From a virus: a DNA stretch of 64,000 bases. The DNA is taken from the IMG/VR virus record IMGVR_UViG_3300050821_005524, positions 5,317 through 69,316 of that record; one strand, written 5' to 3'. Both the position numbers and the translations under genes were made by a program. Positions 57,091 through 64,000 of the stretch are shown one piece after another. Below the pieces are notes generated by a model. That model saw only the letters and a program-made list of their open reading frames with translations, did not search any database and was not told the DNA's origin. Within the stretch, counting starts at the first letter, position 1; each line of letters opens with the position of its first letter.

Positions 57091-57351
57091 ATGCCGAACG
57101 TAGGACAAAAAACCGTCAGAGTTGCAACGGGTACCAAGCCCCCGCAGTACCGGTCTTGCGTCATCCTGGCGTCCACCACCACGGCGAACATCTACCCCAC
57201 CTACACCCAGACCACCCTGGACGACCGCACGTTCGAGACGATCCACGATGCCGGCGGATCCGCCGTTAGTGGTTTAAAAACTGTTGTCGTGACAGGGTAT
57301 AACCGTAACCCCGGCTCATATGTGCCGACGTACGAGCTTCTAGGCTTCTAA
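57091..57351 (+). CDS. Small Thr-rich virion-type protein
   Basis: First gene of the second structural module. Confidence 0.55.
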   Translation: MPNVGQKTVRVATGTKPPQYRSCVILASTTTANIYPTYTQTTLDDRTFETIHDAGGSAVSGLKTVVVTGYNRNPGSYVPTYELLGF

Positions 57352-57366
57352 GAGGAACCACGTGCC

Positions 57367-57951
57367 ATGGCCGATCCCGTAGTCCACATTACCGCCGGTA
57401 TCCCGGACAGCGGTACCGGTAACATCACTACGCTGGGCCAGACCCTCACCGACGGCGCTAACGCCACCATGGGCATCACGTCCGGTGCCGCGGTTGTAAC
57501 CGACGCCAACGGCACGCTGCAGCAGTATCTTCGTGGTCTGGTTAAGCTGTTCGCCGGTACGGTGACGAACGCCAACGGCGCCGCGGCCTCTGCCGCTTCC
57601 GCTCCGGTGGTCCCCGCCACCGACTGGGTTGGCACCACGTCGCTGTCCAAGTTTGGCACCGGGTACTATGTTACGGTCGCGGCGTCGCAGACCGCTACCG
57701 TGCTGCAGAGTTCGTCCGGTGCAACCGGTGACTATATTTCCGGTGTTCTGGTTATCCCAGCTACGACTTCCCCCGGCAACGTCCTGCTCCTCGACAACGC
57801 GACCTCGATCACGATTTTCACGGGCGGCTCGACCAGCGTGTCCAACCTGGTGCCGTTCCTCATCCCGCTTGGCGCCGTCAGCCGCAGCGGTGCCTGGAAA
57901 CTTACGACCGGTGCCAACGTGTCCTGCGTTGCGGTTGGGAAGTTCAGCTGA
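57367..57951 (+). CDS. Ala/Thr-rich fibre/decoration protein
   Basis: GAGGA RBS; YVTVAASQT..GATGDYISGVLVIP..GAWKLTTGANVS. Confidence 0.7.
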   Translation: MADPVVHITAGIPDSGTGNITTLGQTLTDGANATMGITSGAAVVTDANGTLQQYLRGLVKLFAGTVTNANGAAASAASAPVVPATDWVGTTSLSKFGTGYYVTVAASQTATVLQSSSGATGDYISGVLVIPATTSPGNVLLLDNATSITIFTGGSTSVSNLVPFLIPLGAVSRSGAWKLTTGANVSCVAVGKFS

Positions 57952-58652
57952 TGCTGCCGTTCATGCCGGCACGGTTTGGGTCGCTGGCGGCGTATGCCCC
58001 CGCTGGCGGCGGCAGTCCGTCCGTTGCGGTGGATGTTGTCGGTACGGAATTGTACCACGCCTCCAGCGGTAGCACTAACTTCAATTACACCGGTTTGACC
58101 ATTACTGCCGCCCTGACAAACCCGGCCTTGATCTGTACCATATTTAGAGCCGACGGATCGAACGATGTCGAGGCCGGTATTGCGGTGACGTGGAACGGTG
58201 TTTCCATGACGCTTTTGAAAAAGCAGGACGCTTCTTTTCCGCAGCAGTCGGCGTTTATTTTCGGGCTTCGTAATCCCGCAAGCGGCAATAAGACACTGAA
58301 TGTTTCAGCCACTAACACCGCCGCGGATAATTTCGTTAACTGTGTATCGTTTTCCAACGTAAATCAGGCTAGCGATGGCGCGGCTTTCCCTAATGTTGCT
58401 GGGCAAGTTACTGGTTCGGGAACGGGCGCTACCCTTAGCGTTACATCCGCGTCCGGGCATATCGTGGTTGGTGTGTTCGAGGCTAATTCAGGGCCCACTC
58501 TTCTGGGGTCGACTATATTTTATGACAACGTTAACGGTTCTCTTCAAAACGTCTATGCTGATTATGTGGTTAGTAGCGGAACTACGACAACCGTGGGGAC
58601 AACTGCGCCCGCGTCTGTCACCGCTATCGCCGGCTGTGACATATCTAATTGA
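57951..58652 (+). CDS. Beta-sandwich virion protein
   Basis: MLPFMP...; VTWNGVSMT..IFGLRNPASG. Confidence 0.65.
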   Translation: MLPFMPARFGSLAAYAPAGGGSPSVAVDVVGTELYHASSGSTNFNYTGLTITAALTNPALICTIFRADGSNDVEAGIAVTWNGVSMTLLKKQDASFPQQSAFIFGLRNPASGNKTLNVSATNTAADNFVNCVSFSNVNQASDGAAFPNVAGQVTGSGTGATLSVTSASGHIVVGVFEANSGPTLLGSTIFYDNVNGSLQNVYADYVVSSGTTTTVGTTAPASVTAIAGCDISN

Positions 58653-58669
58653 TGTGAGGAACTGGTTTC

Positions 58670-60640
58670 ATGGGTGGCGGGTTTGGTTCTCCCCAGCTCC
58701 AGATTTCAGGAGTCTTTGCCACGGGGAATCGGACCCGTGACGCCAAGGACTTCTATACCCCTGGCCACGAAAGCCCCGCGATCAGCACGGCTGATTATTA
58801 CCATATGCATGCATGCCAGTTCCTGTGTCCGTACGATCTCAGTGCGATGGGCACGCCGGGGGCCACGGTCATGGCCGCCAACGGTAATAACCGGTATGTC
58901 TGGTTCACGTCCTCTGAGCACCCTGCCGGTGGGGGCGGCATCCACAGTGATGCCTGTGGCTTCAAGTTAGGGTTTAGTAGCGATCCCGGCGTTCTGCCGT
59001 CGGTGATGGTGGATGTAATTCCGCGCAACAACCAGTGGACCGGGGACGCGACTACGCCGGGGGCGAACGGTTTTACCGTGACATCCGATATGGCCCCATC
59101 CGCTCTTGTTTATAACCCCGACGACGGAAGCTTTCCGTTTTACCTCTATACACAGGGTCTTCCGTTTTCGGGTAATTTGGGAACCCAGAGCATAGTGTGG
59201 AAATCTACCAACATGTTCGATTGGGTGGGCTGTGCGTGGGGGCCAAAGAGCATCGATATCGGTGCCACCCCTGCTGCCCCTCTTACGTCTTTCCAGTCGG
59301 TGTTTCGGCACGGGACTGGAAACTGGTCCACGTACGGCGGCATAGGCCAGATTGGATATCTTGGCCCAAGCCAGTGGTTCAGCACGGACGGTAAGACTTG
59401 GACGGTTCCGGCTACAATTGTAAATATTACGGGCGAGCCCACCGTTAATTTGACTATAGATGCGGGTTCGGGAACGCCGAACCGGTTGACGGCCGCGAGC
59501 AGCCTCTTTAGTCCGTCCGACGACGGTAAGGATGCCGCTCTCATATCGCCGGATCTTAGCCAGAGTGAGTTTCCTCCGCCGTTTTATATTACTTATGTAA
59601 GTGCTACACAGGTTGACATTAAGGGGAGATACGGCGGAAACAATGGTTTGACGTTCACGAACGCTGCGGCTCCGTTCGAGTTTGCTGCTGTTGCGAATAG
59701 AAAAGCACCTACGTCTGATGGGTCGGGCGCTATAGGGGTGTGGGGGCCCGGTGCTCCCGGTAATCCGTTTACCGTCGGTAACGGGTCCCAGATGTATCAA
59801 GTTTCCAGATTAGACGCTCGGCAGAACGCGGTTAACCCCACTGAAGACGGGATGTGGGTTTCGCTGGCCGCCATTGACGCTAGCTTCAACGTCAGTCAGA
59901 CTGTTCCAGCCATTCAAGTTTCCACGCAGTTTAATGGGTTCTATCCTGGTTATGGCTATGTGACCAGCGTGTGCGATTATTTGGAGGACGGGATAGAACA
60001 TGTTTACGCGCAAATGGGTTATCCGGGACCGTTTGGTACCGCGGGTACGCCGTATGTGGGGGCTACTGTTACCGGCGGAGTGTCTGGCACTACGTTTACG
60101 GTTGACTCCTGCGCCGGTTATATTCCGCTTGGCGGGTATGTGGCCGGCAGTTCCAACGTTGGGCAGATAACGGGGCAGATTTCCGGCACACCTAACGGTG
60201 CCGGCGTGTACACGGTTGAGAACCCTGGTAGCATTACCATTGCTGCGCATACCCCGAACATATTTGTAAATTCGGGGCAGTATAACGTTAGTAGCGTTGG
60301 CGGGGGGTGTTTCCACGAGCAGTTCATTGATTATTACACGGTTGCATATGATAGCACGGCGGCATCCGACGCGGCGCCGTTCGGTGTGTCTGTTTCGTGT
60401 ACCAATACCTTAGTTACGGTGTCGTGGATGAGCACCCCGCTAGGTACAGGGGCCAAGACACAATCGTATAACGTTTACAGGGGGTCCACTTCTGGGTCGC
60501 AAACCACGCTGGTGGGGGGTACCTCGTCTCTTTCCATCGTGGACGCGCCTTCTCCGGGGCAGCAGTGGTGGTACAAGGTTGTCAAAGTAAGCGGTGGGGT
60601 CGAGACCAAGAGCAGAGCGGTCCACACTTATGTCGGGTAA
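58670..60640 (+). CDS. Beta-propeller/FN3-containing fibre or spike protein
   Basis: STDGKTW Asp-box; C-terminal FN3-like VTVSW..YNVYRG..WYKVV. Confidence 0.65.
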   Translation: MGGGFGSPQLQISGVFATGNRTRDAKDFYTPGHESPAISTADYYHMHACQFLCPYDLSAMGTPGATVMAANGNNRYVWFTSSEHPAGGGGIHSDACGFKLGFSSDPGVLPSVMVDVIPRNNQWTGDATTPGANGFTVTSDMAPSALVYNPDDGSFPFYLYTQGLPFSGNLGTQSIVWKSTNMFDWVGCAWGPKSIDIGATPAAPLTSFQSVFRHGTGNWSTYGGIGQIGYLGPSQWFSTDGKTWTVPATIVNITGEPTVNLTIDAGSGTPNRLTAASSLFSPSDDGKDAALISPDLSQSEFPPPFYITYVSATQVDIKGRYGGNNGLTFTNAAAPFEFAAVANRKAPTSDGSGAIGVWGPGAPGNPFTVGNGSQMYQVSRLDARQNAVNPTEDGMWVSLAAIDASFNVSQTVPAIQVSTQFNGFYPGYGYVTSVCDYLEDGIEHVYAQMGYPGPFGTAGTPYVGATVTGGVSGTTFTVDSCAGYIPLGGYVAGSSNVGQITGQISGTPNGAGVYTVENPGSITIAAHTPNIFVNSGQYNVSSVGGGCFHEQFIDYYTVAYDSTAASDAAPFGVSVSCTNTLVTVSWMSTPLGTGAKTQSYNVYRGSTSGSQTTLVGGTSSLSIVDAPSPGQQWWYKVVKVSGGVETKSRAVHTYVG

Positions 60641-63600
60641 CTCCCCCCTAGTCAACGCCCACATCAATCGTGTTATAGACGACGGCGGTGACGTAACCAC
60701 CGTTGACCAGACGTGGCTGCAGACGGCGTACGCTTGGCTGGTTTCCGAGGGCCTTGATAAATCGCTCTTGCATTGGGTTGACCCGGCGTTCGGGGTGAAG
60801 AAGATCGGGCCGAATATTACTACGGTTTACGATCTCGGAAGTACTTCGTTGCCGCGTACCATGGATCTCACACCACGAGACAGCACCAAGACGACGTATA
60901 ACGCTACTGGATTGAACTCCGCTATCCCGGCGTTTGTCAATGCGGATGGTTCGTCCCAGCTGTATTGGGGCCGCAATAACCGCTACAACCAGATAAGATT
61001 CAAGCAGCAGCTTACCATTGCCGCGCTTTATCAGCGTACCCAGACGGCGTCGGATGTGTGTCTTGTCGGCAACGCAACTTCTTCGACGGTCGGGTTTAAT
61101 TTTGACGGCACGCCGAAATATGATGGCCCTCTTATCCCGGGCATTTCTCTTGTTCACACTTCCGGTAGTCCAGGGTCTATTCATTTCAGTCTGTCGGATA
61201 AATCGGCTACTTCCCAAGTTGCATCCGTTGCCGCTAACCCAGCGACGGTTCAAGTTGCTATAGGGACGTACGATGGTACGACGATGACCGCGTACAGCAA
61301 CGCGGTAGGTGGCACCGGTAATACCGGGCTGTTCCGCGACCCGTTCTTTTTTGGCGATCAGGCGTTGGCTGGGGGCCGTCATGGCGCCAGCGTGAACCAG
61401 CCCGTGCTGTGTGTCGGGGATACGATGGCTTATGGGGTTATGGCTAGCCCTAACACGCCGCCATACAATACCGGGGCGCAGGTTTTAAGCGTCCCCAACA
61501 AGGCCTATGTCAATTCCGTATTGACTTTTACAAACGCCAACGCGCAGGTTGCAGCCAGTAGCATCATTGTTCTTGGGGTTGGGCTAACTCCTACACAGGC
61601 TTCATCTCTTACCTCGCTGTTGACGACCCGAGCGAACCCCACGTCCCAGAGCATAAAGACGACCTACGGGGCGACCGGGGACTGGCAGATTGCAAGCTCG
61701 ACGGTAAGCTTTACGAATGGCCAGCCGAATTTAACTGTGTTCTCTAACACGTTTACCAGTGCTGACGTTGGTAAGTATATCGCGGTTCAGGACTGGGTGC
61801 CAGCTGGCGGCGGCAACCCTGCTGGATCCCTCTTGTGCACGATAAGCAGCGTTGGGGCGTTTTCCGGCGGTCATCAGGTATTGGTTCTCAACCAGAACGC
61901 GCAACAGTCGGCCACGTCGCTGGTTAAGCTAGTTGAGTGGGGGCATGATGACGCCCCAGCGTTTGCTTCTTTCAAGACTGCAAACGCTGGGCTTTTTGGG
62001 GTGGTATTGACCATACCGGCTGGCCGGTATGGACTTGTTACCGGTGCTTTTAATTCGATTGGCTTCGGTATAAAAGGGTTGACTGTTAACGGGGTTGGAA
62101 ATCCGGTGCTGACCGACGCTCTCGGTGCCGGTACTGGGTATTTTCTTGGCAGTACGCTGGGTGTGCTGTTTAACGACGTGCAGGCAGAATCGTTGACCCA
62201 GACGGTTGCCGCGGGCGCCACCGTTATCCACATGAAGACCGTCGCCGATGCGGCCAAGTACACGGCTAACACTTGGGCGTGGATGACAGGGTATGACATA
62301 CAGGGGTTTGGCTACCCCCCCAATCTTTATTTTGCCGAGTATGTATTTATTACCGCGGTGGACACTGTAGCCGGCACGGTTACGGTTATGGCCCCCTTGA
62401 AGAATTCTTACGAGTCCACTTGGCCAAACTGGGTGGCCGGTACCGCGGGCTCCGGGCCACCGAATTACACGGGGGGTAGTTCCAGTCTTGGCGGCCCGGC
62501 GAATCTCTATTTGGTCCAGCAGAATTGGGATGCCACACATGTTTACAACGGGTTGGGGTTTCGAAGCACGGCTACAGTTGTGAACATGAACGGGCGTGAT
62601 ATGACGCTCAATAATTGTTTCTTTGAGGCGTTTCCGGTTAATGTGTCACAGCAACATGTTTGTACGATCAATAACGCGGGCACCGTTCCTTTTGGGTGGG
62701 AGCTGGATAAGGGGACGGAAAATTTCACGCTGACAAACACCACCATAACCGGGTTCACCGTGTTTAGCGCAAGTCCGTTCAACGTTACTCTCAACGGGGT
62801 TACGGTGACGACTAGCATGAACGGAACCACCAGAAACTGGTTTATGACTAATTGCAATTTACCAGCTGGCAGTTCCACTGGTGGCCCCATAAGTTATGGC
62901 GGCGGCGAGCAGCTGTCGGCTGTCGGGTGTAATTTTGCCGGGCAGCTTTTCCTGGGCGGCGTCGGGGAAACCGATTTAATAGGTTCTGGTGCTTATTCCA
63001 TGTCGGGCGGCGTTATCACGCGGCTGTTGTCTGCTGGCACTGGTGGGCCCCCTCAGTGGGCGATCCCCGGGCACTATTTTGTGTTTGGTAGCAGGTATCA
63101 CTTTGAAGACCCCGTGGTTAAAGTAATTGATGTCAGCAGCGACGGCACAAATCTTTTCATTACGACGGACCAGACGGGCGGTTTCCCTACTCCCGTGGCC
63201 GGACCGACTGTTAATGCCTTTACTGCACCGCCGCCAAATTTTTCTTTTACGGGCTGTACGGGCTGCGACGATGCCGGTTCGTGGTCAAACGTTTCGCCGT
63301 TTTTCCCGCTGTCCCGCTGGAAGCTGACTTACAACGGCAACATCGGGGTGTCCAATCCGGCGCACCAGGTCAAGGTTGTAGGCCGCCTGGTTAGCGTTAA
63401 GGTAACCGTTAACGCCGGCTATTCCTCCGGCACGTTCAATCTTGATGGACCGTTTGTTATTGCCAAGCCGGGCAACACGCAGGTTATATGGAACCCTGTC
63501 TTCGATCTCACCGTGCCCGGGGTTCGCCAGATGAGCGGTGACGGCACCGTTTCTGGGTTAGCCGGTGGAGACAGTGGGCTCGTGCCGCCGAACGCCGGGA

Positions 63601-64000
63601 ACATCTGGTTTGTGAACAACCAGATTACGGCCGCCATGGCTGGTGCAGCGGGCGCTGGAAGTGTTACCCTGGAGATTACCACGGATCAGGGGTATTCAGG
63701 CAGTCCGACGGGTCCCACCGGTCCGACGGGTCCCACCGGCCCGACAGGACCGAACGGCCCCACTGGTCCAACGGGCCCAACGGGCCCAACGGGCCCCACT
63801 GGGCCTACGGGTCCCACCGGTCCCAACGGCCCCGCCGGCTTGGGCGGTCCGGGCGGTCCGGGCGGTCCGGGCGGTCCGGGCGGTCCGGGCGGCCGGGGCG
63901 GTCCCGGTGGTCCAGGTGGCCCTGGCGCTCCCGGCGGTGCTACGGGTGCTACGGGTGCTACGGGTGCTACGGGTGCTACTGGGCCCACGGGTGCCACCGG
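60630..64000 (+). CDS. Large tailspike/fibre protein (>1120 aa, runs off window) with beta-helix-like region and collagen tail
   Basis: Not in the ORF track (no stop); open from ATG at 60630; [17 protein letters not shown] beta-helix cap; ends in GPT/GPG/GAT triplets. Confidence 0.8.
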   Translation, partial: MSGNSPLVNAHINRVIDDGGDVTTVDQTWLQTAYAWLVSEGLDKSLLHWVDPAFGVKKIGPNITTVYDLGSTSLPRTMDLTPRDSTKTTYNATGLNSAIPAFVNADGSSQLYWGRNNRYNQIRFKQQLTIAALYQRTQTASDVCLVGNATSSTVGFNFDGTPKYDGPLIPGISLVHTSGSPGSIHFSLSDKSATSQVASVAANPATVQVAIGTYDGTTMTAYSNAVGGTGNTGLFRDPFFFGDQALAGGRHGASVNQPVLCVGDTMAYGVMASPNTPPYNTGAQVLSVPNKAYVNSVLTFTNANAQVAASSIIVLGVGLTPTQASSLTSLLTTRANPTSQSIKTTYGATGDWQIASSTVSFTNGQPNLTVFSNTFTSADVGKYIAVQDWVPAGGGNPAGSLLCTISSVGAFSGGHQVLVLNQNAQQSATSLVKLVEWGHDDAPAFASFKTANAGLFGVVLTIPAGRYGLVTGAFNSIGFGIKGLTVNGVGNPVLTDALGAGTGYFLGSTLGVLFNDVQAESLTQTVAAGATVIHMKTVADAAKYTANTWAWMTGYDIQGFGYPPNLYFAEYVFITAVDTVAGTVTVMAPLKNSYESTWPNWVAGTAGSGPPNYTGGSSSLGGPANLYLVQQNWDATHVYNGLGFRSTATVVNMNGRDMTLNNCFFEAFPVNVSQQHVCTINNAGTVPFGWELDKGTENFTLTNTTITGFTVFSASPFNVTLNGVTVTTSMNGTTRNWFMTNCNLPAGSSTGGPISYGGGEQLSAVGCNFAGQLFLGGVGETDLIGSGAYSMSGGVITRLLSAGTGGPPQWAIPGHYFVFGSRYHFEDPVVKVIDVSSDGTNLFITTDQTGGFPTPVAGPTVNAFTAPPPNFSFTGCTGCDDAGSWSNVSPFFPLSRWKLTYNGNIGVSNPAHQVKVVGRLVSVKVTVNAGYSSGTFNLDGPFVIAKPGNTQVIWNPVFDLTVPGVRQMSGDGTVSGLAGGDSGLVPPNAGNIWFVNNQITAAMAGAAGAGSVTLEITTDQGYSGSPTGPTGPTGPTGPTGPNGPTGPTGPTGPTGPTGPTGPTGPNGPAGLGGPGGPGGPGGPGGPGGRGGPGGPGGPGAPGGATGATGATGATGATGPTGAT
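63702..64000 (+). repeat. 9-bp tandem repeats encoding collagen triplets
   Basis: GGGCCCAAC, GGCGGTCCG and GGTGCTACG arrays. Confidence 0.9.

Noticed and set aside
63702-64000. Tandem repeats as a CRISPR array
   Set aside because: 9-bp coding units with no unique spacers; no cas operon (the Cas4-like gene is a typical phage exonuclease)
57091-64000. Diversity-generating retroelement acting on fibre genes
   Set aside because: No reverse transcriptase and no template/variable repeat pair noticed

Overview
The whole window is one tailed dsDNA phage with a podovirus-like layout; the host is probably an alphaproteobacterium (inferred from a VPGP-type sorting signal and CtrA-like boxes). No host chromosomal genes or integrase are visible. 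Layout: leftward terminase module (terL truncated at base 1, exonuclease, terS). Then a rightward structural operon: portal; an inserted block of sulfotransferase, three paralogous collagen-like proteins, glycosyltransferases and a sugar C-methyltransferase; scaffold; major capsid; head-tail connectors; collagen-like fibres; GH108 lysis cassette; tail protein; three ejection-type proteins. A convergent leftward replication/early arm follows (primase-helicase, SSB-like protein, SNF2 helicase, VRR-NUC, PD-(D/E)XK nuclease, nucleotide enzymes, family A polymerase, small early genes), then an AT-rich divergent control region with two candidate small RNAs, and a second rightward fibre/spike module that runs off the end in collagen repeats. 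The strongest candidate for an undescribed system is a phage-encoded collagen-fibre glycosylation/methylation/sulfation locus between portal and capsid, resembling BclA-type spore glycoprotein loci. Other signals: a 67-nt tRNA-like element inside an ORF, an FtsZ-tail-like peptide shared by two unrelated proteins, two promoter-bearing structured RNAs, a HiPIP-like protein, and genes flanked by direct repeats that duplicate stop/start junctions. All family assignments come from motif recognition by eye; no searches were run.
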